Origin: Octopus sinensis
Taxonomy: Eukaryota
Reading direction: 5' to 3'
Length of the DNA: 64,000 nucleotides
Assembly: GCF_006345805.1 (NCBI RefSeq)
Contig: NC_043000.1
Span: forward strand, 127,162,001 to 127,226,000
Position numbers and translations under genes: made by a program. Each line of letters starts with the position of its first letter. Positions within the stretch are counted from its first letter, which is position 1. A model generated the notes under the pieces. It searched no databases. It saw only the letters and a list, made by a program, of their open reading frames with translations, and was not told the origin of the DNA. This document shows positions 9,501 through 22,813 of this stretch, in pieces.

Positions 9501-12500
9501 TGGCAGGTATATAAACCACAGAACCTGGGAAACTGGCCTTGTGAACCTATGGCTCAGAGAGGACCTTTGACCTTGTTTTAAACACTTGGTGTTTAATATG
9601 ATTGTCTTTCCCTTTAACTTACCCCTATCAGAAACTTACAAGCCCTAGGTTTGTTAAAACACACACTTGAAACAGTTTTAGATGAATGTACTAATGTGTG
9701 TAACATTTATAATACACGAATCTCTTTGAGAAATGTTTCTCAGAGACAAACTATTACAGCTTGAACCGTTCTGCATTTGTAAGACCAAAAATGGCTTGAT
9801 AGTTATAACATGCCAGCAGGAAATAACATCACTAGGTGAGACAAGCTGACACTGAATTAGCTTCGCTGACTGACAGGTGACAGTCATTTAGAGAATGCGT
9901 GGGCTAAGACTATGTGCCTTCATTGGTCAGTTAAAGTTGAGACAGTGTCATGTGACAACTTGCTGGGGCTGCCTGCTGGAGCCTAGTGGCAGGTATCTAA
10001 AGGGGAAAAATTTGACAAGTCAGTCAGTCGCTGGATGACACTTGAAGAGGCCAGGGAACAGAAGAAAGAAGACATGCACCCAACACCAGAGCCGAAGACG
10101 CCCCCGAAAGGGGGTGGGGACACCACGTCAAAATGGTAGAGGAGTAGGGGCCAAAACCAGATGTGGTTCCTCCTGATGATGTCTTGAGCTAACTGGATCC
10201 TATAAAGGAGCTGTTGTGGTGGCAGACCATGAAACACGGTTGTAATTCCCCACATGTTGAACACACTGGTATTTTATAAGGGTGCTCTCTTCTATGATTT
10301 TATCACCGCCATCATTTTGATGTCCACTTTTCAATGCTTGCATGGGTCAGATGGAATTTGTTGAAGAAGATTTTCTATAACAGAGTGCTCATCCTGTCAC
10401 CAACCCTCATCTGCTTCTAAGCAAGGAAATATTTTCCCAATGGACCTCAATTGTACAACAATGATGCTCATTTACAACCATCATATGATGTTCAAACAAT
10501 GGTACATACAAACACACACATATTGTTGACATTATAAGAATTTAGAATTGAAATGAATGTGAAATATTTATTTTTTTATGAACAATGAAACTTAAAGTAG
10601 ATAAAGCTTGTAAATATTGAGTTAAAACCCCTTTGGATAGAAAAAGTCAAAGGTTGCCCATTAGACATAATCCTGCATCTGTAAACATGACAGATGTTCT
10701 ACCATTGGACCAAAGCAATCCCTTTCTTCTAGCATCTCTATACAGTTAGCTTCTCTCATACCTTTTCCCTTAGATCTTGTATCCCTGTTCTATTCTGTTT
10801 GACTTTACCAATTATTGATGCCATAAGAATTTAGAAACTTCAAGATGAACATGAAGTAATTCTTTTGTTTTTTGGAACAATGAGAACCATAGCAGCTTTT
10901 GATCTTTTCTTCTGTCCAAAGGGGTTTTTATCCCAATATTTTTCATGTTATTTATAACTTTAGTGCTTCAAGTTTCAAATGTTTCAAAACACACACACAC
11001 ACAATGGGTTTCTTTCAATTTCCATCTGTCACATCCACTCATATGGCTTTGGTCAGCCTGGAACTATAGTAGAAGACAATTGGTCAAAATGCCAGACAGT
11101 AGGACTGAACCCAAGACCACATGGTTTGGAAGCAATTTTCTTAACCATATATCCATACCAGTGCCTACTTAGCTTTAAATTTAAAATACTGATCCTTACC
11201 TTCATCTTTTGAAGATGACCCTTTTTCTCAGCAAGATCAATTCTCATGGGTTGGTCGTGATGCATCTTCTTGTCCATTGTATCCAACCATTTCTGCACTT
11301 GCTTGCAACTTTCATTGTAGTCACTCCATTGAAGTAAGTCACTCTCCAATGTAACTTTGCATTCTGTCATATTCTTAACCAGTTGGTCCCACTTCTGCTG
11401 TAGATTCTTAAGTCTTGTTTGTAAATCTATACGGCTTTCTTGAGAGATTATAGGCTTCAGCTGCTCTCCAGACATGATGGCAGCATGTGTCAGTAACTGG
11501 CCTTCTTCTTTTGTTATAATTAGCTCCTTAAAATATAAAATGGAGGTGAAAATAGAATAGAACAGGGATACAAAATCTAAAGGAAAAGGTATGAGAAAAG
11601 CTAACTGAAAGGAGATGCTAGAAAAAAAGAGATTAGAGTTGTAAGAAAGAAAGAGAGAGAGAGAAATTGTGTTTAAAGAATGAAAAAAAGGATAAAAATA
11701 TGAATGAGTAAAGGAAAGAAAGTGAAAGTGAATAAGCGAAAAACAATGAATGAATAGGTCCTTATATAGTGTTGTATGTTCCATCTCCAAATGTTGTGAT
11801 ACTGCCACAATTTTGTGAAAGATGGTTTTGATACACTGTACCAGTGTTGTAACAGTAAACAAGATAATGCAGCTGTAATACCAATGTAACAACCCAACAA
11901 TCTCTTCACAAACCAATAATCAATTTTCCAAACAAACTAACCAACCAACACCTTCTGACTTCACTGTGAGCTCAACTCGAACTAACACACAAACGTCACT
12001 CTGACCACTACTATTTATAATTGTTCGGTCCAGTCTATTTCTCACAAGGGGGCGTCATGACTCTTATCATAACATCTCCCCTTTTGAAATTTCAACTTCC
12101 GTAAGAAGTGAAATTAATTTTTTTTCTTTTTCCAGCACTTCTCCCTCTTTTTTTTTTTAAGAAAATTTAATAACTTTTTCATTTGGCAATATTTCTAAGT
12201 GTACAGTCTTTTTCCTTTTTCCACTGCTGCTTCTATGAGGCTCAATCTCTTTCAGTGCTGCCACCTCAAACATGTCATAGAAGACTTCCATTGGTATCGC
12301 CTTTCGTTTTTCAGTATGTCCTGTCTTTAATTGGTTTAGGTGTCTCTTATGTTCCCAATGTTGTCCTTTAATTATATACATCATGTTTCCTAATCTTTTA
12401 GTTACAAAACCATCCTACCAGCCTTCTCTACTATTTTTGTAAATTTTAAAATTAACTTTATCTCCTATTTCAAAATGTTTTCTTACCTTTTCTGTATTTC

Positions 12501-15500
12501 ATTTAAATACATTTTTTTCTGGCAATAATTTATTGAAAATTGATTTTATATTTCATGTGAACATTAACTCTGCCAGAGATTTACCCAAACTAGTATTCAG
12601 ATTGGGTGTTACTCTATATACCCTCAAGAATTTCATTAGCATTTTGTCATCTCTTGCTTTTTTTGCTGCTTGCTTGAAAGTATTAACAAACCTTTCAACC
12701 TACCCGTTTGACCTTTATCGCATGTATTTTGCAGAAACTGAATTCACTACCCGTAAATTGTCGTCCATTATCTGATACCAACGTGTCTGGAACACCATAT
12801 CAGGCAAATAATTCATACAGGAACTTTATTGTTGTCTTTGCATTTGGCTTATTGCACCTACATACCCCTGGCCACTTTGTAACACTATCAACAATGATTA
12901 GATATAATGTGCTGTTCACCAATCCAATATAGTTAATATGTGCTCTGGTCCATGTACTATCCATCTCAGGCTATGATTGGTATTTCACCAGTGGTGCTTT
13001 GGCTGCTAGCACACAACCTCTACATAATTTTACACAATTTTCAATGTCCCAGTTCATTGTCAGCCAATATACATAGCTACTCATTAAAGATTTCATTCTT
13101 GACATTCCTGGGTGTCCACTGTGGGATTCCTGCAACACTTGTTTCTTTAGTGCAGTTAGTACTACTGCTCCTTGCACGTATATTAAAACATCATTGAATA
13201 GTGAAAAATTATCTGAATTTGTATTCCTATTTTGCATATTTTCCAACATTTCTTTCATTCTTGTAATGTAATTATCCTCTGTAGATTTCAATTTTGTACC
13301 ATGCACTGCCACTGGCAGTTCGTGAATAACATTGCACATAACGTTTTTAATTAATTTTTTCTTCAATTCAGCTGCTGAGTTCTTTTTACTGGTTGGGTAG
13401 CCATTTAAATCTTTACAGTACCAGCTTATTGGGAGATCCCATAAGTCAAATAACTTCAACCAGTCAGTACCAAACAGATTGGTTGCATTCTTTACAATGA
13501 AAACTTTCGCCTTGCATGTTTTTCCTTGAAATGTGACATTATTCCATATTTTACCCACAAAGTGTAGTTTGTCACCTGTCATGCTCTGTGCAGGTTTTGC
13601 AGTTTTTCTAAACATAGGTTTCCCGATTTTCTTCCAAGTGTCAGTGTAATGATTGAAATGTCACTACCAGTATCTAGTTGTAATTCAATATTTACTCTGT
13701 TTACTTTTATGCATACAAATTTCCTTATATGGGAGTCAATTTTACTTTCTGCTGAGAACACTTTAGAATTTTTTACAATTGACTTTTGTACTTTTGTTCT
13801 GCAATGTGAACTCTTGTGTCCAAATTTTTGACAACTGTAACATTTTTGGTCTTTAAAAGGACAATCTTTTCTGAAATGTAGGCTTCTACATCTGTAACTA
13901 GGACCTAGCAATCTTCTTTAGTTATACCTTCTCAGTCGACATATCTGTATTTTTGTGAAATCCTTTTCTTGAATTTTTCTTACATTGTGTTTCAGTTTTA
14001 CCATCCTTTGACACTCTTCTGCAACTGTCTACAGGGTTAAATCTTGGTTCGCTTGTTCAAGTTTTGAAAGAATTCTTGCCTGTATTTCCGTATCTTCATT
14101 TGCTGTAAGGCCTTATACAAAAATGAGGCAATTAAACATCGCAGCAGTAAGTTCTTTAAGTTTAAAACTTTCACACATTGTGTTGACTGTTCTTGGATAT
14201 GTAATAAAGTCATCATCCTTTTTTTTTAGTTACATTCCAACACTCCATTCGAGTGTTAAGTAGAGAGGTTTTATCACCAAACATGTTGGGCAGTAATTTG
14301 ATTGTTTCTTGAAAACAAATTTCACTAGACTTTTGGGGCAACATGAAATTACAGTATTGTTCATGTTCAGACAGAGATAATTTACATAATGATAACCCTA
14401 CTTTTTCTTTGTCCAACAGTGTCTTGCAATCTTCCTTAAAAATCTTCTCATACATTCTGTAGTATGCTGCAAAGGTTACACACCCCTCTGGGCTATAAAT
14501 GAATTTTGTTATGTCATCTGGCAAAAACAAACTTACTGCATTTTTGGACTTCTTTGCATATAGCTCTAGCAATTGCTATTGTTGTAGTTGTTGCTGTACT
14601 AGTTGCTTCTGCAACTCCTGTTGCTGTTCTTGTTGTTACTTTTGAAACTGTATTATAGAGACTAATAGGTCTTCCATCATTTAACAAGTTGTATCACAAA
14701 CAAATTGTTAAATAACCTACGTGAGCTTCAAAACTCTTGTCACCAAATGTCGTATCTTCTGTCTCCATCATCATGGTACCACCACAATATTGTGACAGAT
14801 GGTTTAGATACATTGTACCAGTGTTGTAGCAGTAAACAAGATAACAATGCAGCCATAATAACAATGTAATGATCTGACAATCTCTACATCAAACAACAAT
14901 CAATATTCCAAATGAACTAACCAACCGACACCTTCTAACTTTACTGTGAACTCAATTCAAGCTAACACACAAACATCACTCCGACTGCTACTACTTATAA
15001 TCACTTGGTCCAGTCTATTTCTTGCAAGGGGGTGTCGTGACTCTCATCACAATTTAGAAAACAAAGAAGATTTCTATATGAATAAAGTATATATAGAAGA
15101 ATATATAAAGTATATATGAAGATTATATAAAGCATATATAAATAAAGTATTTAAAAAGTATAGATACTTTTATTGATAGACAATTTTTGAAGGAGATGGA
15201 AATTGAAAGAAATAATCAATGGAAGAAACTAAATTGTGTACTTGAAATGAAGACAATTTAAAAGAATATTACAAAATAAATCTATATTTCTCTTCTGCTT
15301 GTTTGTTATTTAGACAGTGGCTATGTGGGGCACTGTTTTGAAGGGTTTTAATCAAACAAATCGACTACAGTAAACAGTCTATTAGTTTCTATGATCAAAC
15401 CACTAAGTTCAAGGAATGGGAACAAACCAACACCAGTTGTCAAGCAGTAGTGGAATGAATAGCACAGATACAAACACACAAATGCACACACACACACACA

Positions 15501-17017
15501 TATATATGATGGGCTTCCACACAGTTTCTTATTTCTTTATTGCCCACAAGGGGCCAAACATAGAGGGGACAAACAAGGACAGACAAAGGCATTAAGTCGA
15601 TTACATCGACCCAAGTGCATAACTGGTACTTAATTTATCGACCCAGAAAGGATGAAAGGCAAAGTCGACCTTGGTGGAATTTGAACTCAGAACATACCAG
15701 CAGACGAAATACTGCTAAGCATTTCGCCTGGCGTGCTAACGTTTTTGCTAGTTCGCCGCCTTATAATTTCCACACAGTTTCTGTCAACCAAATTCACTCA
15801 TAAAGCATTAGTTGGCTTGAAACTATAATAGAAGACACTTAGGTCCCACGGACTAAGACTGAACCCAGATTTTAAATTAAGATTTGAAAGGACATAGAAT
15901 TGTCTGATGAGCACCGACATACCTCAACTAACAACAGTTCAACTCTGAAATTCTTTGAGGACTCAAAGAAGTTGATGCTTAAATTCAGTTTCTTGGTTGG
16001 AAGCAGATGAGAGACACATTCTCTCTTGGATAGGATGCCAGTTTATCAATCCAAAATAACTTAGTACCTATCATCTAAGATTATGTAGAGTAAAACATTA
16101 TCCAGAAATATCACAAATACTTTTTCAGATTTGAACTCACAAACTAATGTTTGGTAGTTCAATATGTTATCTACTCAGCTGTTTGCCCTCAACACATCTG
16201 AAATGTAGTTAATTAATCTTTAGGTTAGGGGCACAATGTTTTTTTTTTCTTTCAGACACTTGAAACTGGTGGGAAAGGAAGAACATTATTTTCAGATCAA
16301 ATATCTAGACAAAATACACATAAACACAATAAACTCTGTTAAAGGTACCCAAGAGCCAGCTGATAGCACTAAACTGGACAATAGGTTACATCAGCCAATT
16401 AAAAAGACAAAAATACCTGTAATTTCTCTAGCTGCTTTTCTATCAAATTTCTATCTCTGGTTACATTTGAACACTGGGCTAACTTTTGGGATGCTGAATC
16501 AATCCAAGAATCAGCAGTCTTGTAGGCTTCTTCAAAGTGTTTGCAATCAGAAGATATTTTCTCAGAACGTTTGACCATATCCTGTAAAAAAATTAGAGAG
16601 AATAAATAACAAAAAGATAATATTGCCCTAAATTACTCAAATTTGTACTTTTACATATATGTCTAAGTACACATTTTTCTGTAGTGAATATATATTTGCA
16701 CTGAGATTCTTTACAGATTTGCAGAAAGCATTGTGTATGCACATTTTATGTATAAACACACACACATACAAGAGTGTGCTGAAAAGTTCCTGGCTTTAAG
16801 GATATTGTGAAAAGCCTGGTTGTAGGCCCAAACTTTAGAGTTCTTTCTCAGGACATAGAAAAACTGAAGGGCCATTGTAATAAATGTGTAAATCTGAGAG
16901 AGGAATATGCTGAATAAAATTATAATTAACTGATCCACCTGTATTTTATTTCATCGAAAGCTTGGAACTTTTCAGCACTCCCTTGTATGTACATACATAC
17001 ATACATTTATATATATT

Positions 17018-17080
<63 letters not shown>

Positions 17081-20000
17081 CTAGCAAATCATACAGCAAT
17101 TTATACAGTAAATTACATAGGATATTTTAACTGTTAATAACCATATGAAATATTCATTTGAACGTCAAGAGCCACAAGAGATACAAGTTTATCAAGCACT
17201 ACTAAAGCATTAGCAATAAGCAATCAATTCATATCCTACACATTCATTTAGCTGTGACCCCGATAAAACACTGCAGTTCACTAAATCATCCATAAATTAT
17301 TATATATACTGACAGAGAATCAGGTCTGGAATCTGATGAAGTCAAGCCTGTCCTTACTGATGAGGCAATTGAAATTGTCAAAACACACCCATATAAGGAA
17401 TTCTTGATTAATGTTTTCTGACACTTATAGTCCCTACCAGTATATATGTATACAATTATGTGCTTTGACTACAGCATTAGAGCATTTTAGCTCTTATTTC
17501 TAGCAATGTAGGTGTTTCTAACACCTTAGTTATATTCAGAGACAATTATGGCTTTCCGTTTTGGTAAACATTGCATACCACTGTCTACACACACACAAAA
17601 ATTCTATAATTATGAGTATAATTATAATTAGGGTTCAGCAAAACTTGCTTCACCACATACCTAACTACAAAAGAAATTCTTATGGTAGTGAAATAGTAGT
17701 TTTAACTGCTATTTCTAAATTTCGGTATGTGGTGAAGCAAATTTTGCTGAACCCTAATTATAATTATACTTATAATTATAGAATTTTTGTATAAGTTTAC
17801 TGATAATGGTTCTTTTAACATACCAAACTACTTGGTAAAATTATTAATTATTAATTTTACCCCTTATTATTATTGATAATATATATATATATATATATAT
17901 ATAATACAAAGATAGGGGTTAGGGGTGTAACCCACTATGGGATAGTATTTATACAATATACTGTCGGTAAAGTACCCAGATTCTTAATACATAAATGTTT
18001 TTAATTGCAATGCAATTAACCCACTTATTGTATTAAACGGGTGAAGGTAAAGAAATATTTTTACTGTAAATTTATAATACAAATAAGAAAATGGAGAAAC
18101 AAGTTTAGTTTGTTCATCAACTTTCAGATATTAGAATTTTGGATTATTTATTCATTAAACAAAATGGGAACCTCAATATTATACATATATATCATATACT
18201 TCAATACATATAAGATAAGAATACAAGTTATAAAATCAATATAAATTATTGAAATCATTAAAATCGATTTCAATAATTTATACTGATTTTATAACTTGTA
18301 TTCTTATCTTATATATATTGAACTATATGATATATATGTATAATATTGAGGTTCTCAGTTTGCTTAATGAATAAATAATCCAAAATTCTAATATCCGAAA
18401 GTTGATGAACAAACTAAACTTGTTTCTCCATTTTCTTATTTGTAATATATATATTGCATGCAAGAAATAAGGTGGAGAGGAGGATCAGCTAGGTTCCTCA
18501 CAGGCAAGGAACGCAGGTACAAGATTTTCTGGGCAGGGAACACTGACGGGGTTGGTGGCGTGGGTATACTTATCACTGAGAAATGGGTAGATAAAGTAAT
18601 TGAGGTAATCAGAGTAAGTGACAGAATACTTAAGATTAGATTAGTGCTTCATCATAGTTTAGCAACCATTATATCAGCCTATGCTCCTCAGTCGGGGCTA
18701 CCCGATGGACAGAAAGACCGATTCTATGACACTCTACTGCAGACTACCTCATTGACGAACGACAGAGACCTTATCTTTGTGGCTGGTGACTTCAATGGTC
18801 ACGTTGGACGACATGCTGGGGGCTTCCATGGCGTACATGGAGGCTATGGCTATGGCTCCCGCAACGAGGAGGGAACCAGGCTGCTGGAGTTCTGCGATGC
18901 AAATAATCTTATGATTTGCAACACTAACTTCAGGAAACCTACCAGCCACCTAGTCACTTACCAATCGGGCCAACATACCAGCCAAATTGACTACATCCTT
19001 ACAAGGCAAAGGGAGAGATGGCTGCTTATAAATGCCAAAACCTTCCCAGGTGAAGAATGTACCCCACAACATAGACTGGTAGTTAGTGACTTTAGGATCA
19101 GGACTAGGAGGACAACCAGAAGACGACAAGTATGGAGAAGAAGGATCTGGAAGCTTAAAGATCCTGCAAATGGACAGAGATTTAGGGACATATTACTTGA
19201 AGCCTCTGACGAAGTAGAAGGGGATAGAGCATCACAGGGGGTAGAAGACAGCTGGACGTTTCTAAGGGACAACCTGCTGAGAGCCACTGACCAGATCTGT
19301 GGCTGGTGCAAAGTCCCCTCTCGACCTAGAATAACGTGGTGGTGGAACAATATTGTAGACAGGGCTATTAGAGAAAAGAGACAGGCTTGGAAGGTCTGGA
19401 AAAATGGGGGTAGCAGGGAATTGTATCAGACTGCCAAAAGAGAAGCTAGGAGACAGGTTTATTTAGCCAGAGGGGAAGCAGATAAGAAAAAATTTGCCAA
19501 TGTTCTGCGCCGTGAGGACCAAAGACTGGAGGTGTTTCGTGTTGCAAGACAGTGTGTGAGAGAGAATCGTGATGTGGTAGGAGAGAAGTGTGTTCGCATG
19601 GAAGATGGTTCACTTGCGCTAAATGAGGATGCAAAGAGAGAGGTTTGGAGATGCCACTATGAAAGGTTGCTGAATGAAGAAAATGAATGGGATAAAGAGA
19701 GTCTGCCGAATGTTGACCCAACAGAGGGACCAGCTATCCGAGTTGATAGTTCTGTGGTAGCTAAGGCAATTAGAAGCATGAAGACAGGGAAAGCCCCAGG
19801 CCCATCAGGAATCACTGCAGAGATGCTCAAAATGTCTGGTAGTGTCGGCTATAGCCTAGTCACCCATATAGTTAATCAGGTGATACACAAAGGGGTCATA
19901 CCCAATGACTGGTGTAGCAGTATAATAGTCAACTGCTACAAAGGTAAAGGTGATGCCCTAGATACAAATAACTACAGAGGTATCAAGCTGTTGGACCAGG

Positions 20001-22744
20001 TGATGAAGGTTACGGAGAGGGTCATAGCCCAACTAATTAGAGAGAGAGTTAGTTTAGATGAGATGCAGTTTGGGTTTGTGCCAGGGAAAAGTACTACTGA
20101 TGCTATATTCCTGGTAAGGCAGCTGCAGGAGAAATACCTAGCCAAAGATAAGCTCCTGTACCTGGCTTTTGTTGACAGGGAGAAAGCCTTCGACAGGGTC
20201 CCCTGATCCCTTATCTGGTGGGCAATGAGAAAACTAGGGATAGATGAATGGTTAGTGAGAGCTGTGCGGGCCATGTATAGGGACGCCGCTAGTAGGGTGA
20301 GGGTTGGAAATGAGTACAGTGAAGAATTCCGGGTAGAGGTAGGGGTCCACCAAGGCTCAGTACTCAGCCCCCTCCTATTTATCATAGTCCTCCAGGCAAT
20401 AACGGAGGAATTCAAGACAGGATGCCCTTGGGAGCTCCTCTATGCTGATGACCTTGCTCTAATTGCTGAGTCGCTATCAGAACTGGAGGAGAAGTTTCAG
20501 GTGTGGAAACAAGGATTAGAATCGAAGGGCCTCAGAGTCAATCTAGCTAAAACCAAAGTCGTAATCAGTAGGAAGGTAGACAAATCACAAACACCTTCAG
20601 GTAGATGGCCCTGCTCGATCTGTAGAAAAGGTGTAGGTAGAAACTCTATAAGATGCACCAAGTGTAAGCTATGGACACATAAGAGATGCAGCAATGTCAA
20701 AGGAAGGCTAACTAGGAAGATGGTTTTTGTATGTGGCAGATGCTCAGGAACAATAAACACTGAAAATGCTCTGAGACCAACTTCCGTCACTTTCCAGGGA
20801 GAAAAACTAGAAATAGTTGATAGTTTCCGTTACCTAGGTGACCAAGTCAGCAGCGGGGGCGGGTGTGCTGAAAGTGTAACTGCTAGAGTAAGAATAGCTT
20901 GGGCAAAGTTCAGAGAGCTCTTACCTCTGCTGGTGACAAAAGGCCTCTCGCACAGAGTGAAAGGCAGACTGTATGATGCGTGTGTACGAACAGCCATGCT
21001 ACATGGCAGTGAAACATGGGCCGTGACTGCTGAGGATATGCGTAAGCTCGCTAGAAATGAAGCCAGTATGCTCCGATGGATGTGTAATGCCGGTACTCAC
21101 ACTCGGCAGAGTGTAAGTACCTTGAGAGAAAAGCTGGACCTAAGAAGCATCAGTTGTGGTGTGCAAGAGAGACGTTTGCGCTGGTATGGTCATGTGGCGA
21201 GAATGGATGAAGATAGTTGTGTGAAAAAGTGCCACACCCTAGCGGTTGAGGGAACCTGTGGAAGAGGCAGACCCAGGAAAACCTGGGACGAGGTGGTGAA
21301 GCACGACCTTCGAACTTTAGGTCTCACTGAGGAAATGACTAGAGACCGAGACCTCTGGAAGTGTGCTGTGCGCGAGAAGACCCGGCAGGACAAGTGAGTC
21401 CACAACCCGTGGCCTTCTACATGGGATGGAGCCAGCCTACGTATGCATACCTTCCCTTCTTGGGACACAAAACTCTACTTGTGAAGACGTGTTGAGGCAA
21501 GTGAGGATCAGAATCGAAATCGATCAATGGAAATTGCGGATGTGCTACCAGTGCCGGTGGCATGTCGAAACTCTGCTTGTGAAGACCCATTGAGGCAAGT
21601 GAGGATCAGAATCGAAATCGATCAATGGAAATCGATCAATGGAAATTGCAGATGTGTTACCAGTGCCGGTGGCATGTAAGAGAACTTTCCGTTTCGCGAC
21701 CGTTGCCAGCACCGCCCCGTTTCGTGTCCGTTGCCAGCCTCGCCTGGCCCTCGTGCCGGTGGCACATAAAAAGCACCATCCGTTCGTGGCCGTTTGCCAG
21801 CTCTGTCTGGCACCAGTGCGGGTGGCACGTAAAAAGCACCCACTACACTCACGGAGTGGTTGGCGTTAGGAAGGGCATCCAGCCGTAGAAACACTGCCAG
21901 ATTTGACTGGGCCTGATGAAGCCTTCTGGCTTCACAGACCCCAGTAGAACCGTCCAACCCATGCTAGCATGGAAAACGGACGCTAAATGATGATGATGAT
22001 GATGATGATATATATACATATATTATATATATCAAACTGGTGCTTCATTGGCTACATTTATGAAAGTTTCAATTGATCCAAATGGAACAGCTTGCTTGTG
22101 TGGAAGTGGCTGGGCACTCCACAGACATTGCATACACATAACATAATTCTCAAAGAGATTTAGTATGACATAGAATGCAACAACTTTACCAGTTGGGTAG
22201 GCTGGTGCAATGTAAAATAAAGGAGACAATGCACAACTGGGAATTGAACTCACAACCTAACAACTGTGAATCAATACCTTAACCACTAAGCCATCACACA
22301 CATTATAGGATATTATAAGTAATTATAGTTAATTACATGTCAAACATTGCTTTTAATGTGCTCATTTTCTGTGACCATCTATATATTTCTTTATAACATA
22401 ATATATCCAGTACTGTCTTATACAGGGTATATTTATTAATAAACAGTAAGGAGATTTAATGCTTAATTATAGCTGTTTAAGTATCTGCATAGAAACTTCC
22501 AGAATGTAATCTTTATATCCAAACTTAACATGGATGGTTTGTAAAAACATACTGCAATTATTAGCCTTGAGATATTCATATTCTAACAAGACACCCACGT
22601 TCAGTTGGATATAAAAATTTCCTTTTGGTATTAATGCTGCTTCCCTCGCTAATAAGAAACTTCCAAATTAAGTCTGGTGAATCAGGGCTGACACAAAGCA
22701 TTGAGAGAGAGAGAGAGAGGGAGAGAGATGGAGAGAGAGAGAAA

Positions 22745-22813
<69 letters not shown>

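Larger units (their letters stand above)
11770..15051 (-). mobile_element. Decayed Gypsy/Ty3-type LTR retrotransposon, internally deleted (gag-ZnK-PR-[no RT/RH]-IN)
   Basis: Two diverged ~305-bp LTRs. PBS-like TGGTGACAA next to the right LTR and polypurine tract AAAAGGGGAGA next to the left LTR. Degenerate TSD atatag/atttag. Gag-like ORF 14213-14572; CCHC knuckle + DTGS protease 13579-13911; integrase H2C2 zinc site in 12971-13615; [15 protein letters not shown] and VERFVNTFK remnants at ~12660-12830. Confidence 0.88.

Noticed and set aside
9603-10265. Solo LTR (TG...CA ends)
   Set aside because: No TSD and no similarity to the Gypsy LTRs; kept only as an unexplained island.
11053-11916. 287-aa ORF as a whole
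   Set aside because: Only 11200-11526 is exon; the rest is intron and Gypsy LTR read-through.
17351-17385. CTGATGA-GGCAATT-GAAA hammerhead-like string
   Set aside because: No stem I pairing and no usable stem III.
21908-21940. CTGATGA followed by hairpin AGCC-TTCT-GGCT in the RTE tail
   Set aside because: No GAAA after stem II; other tail copies read CTGGTGCAG here.
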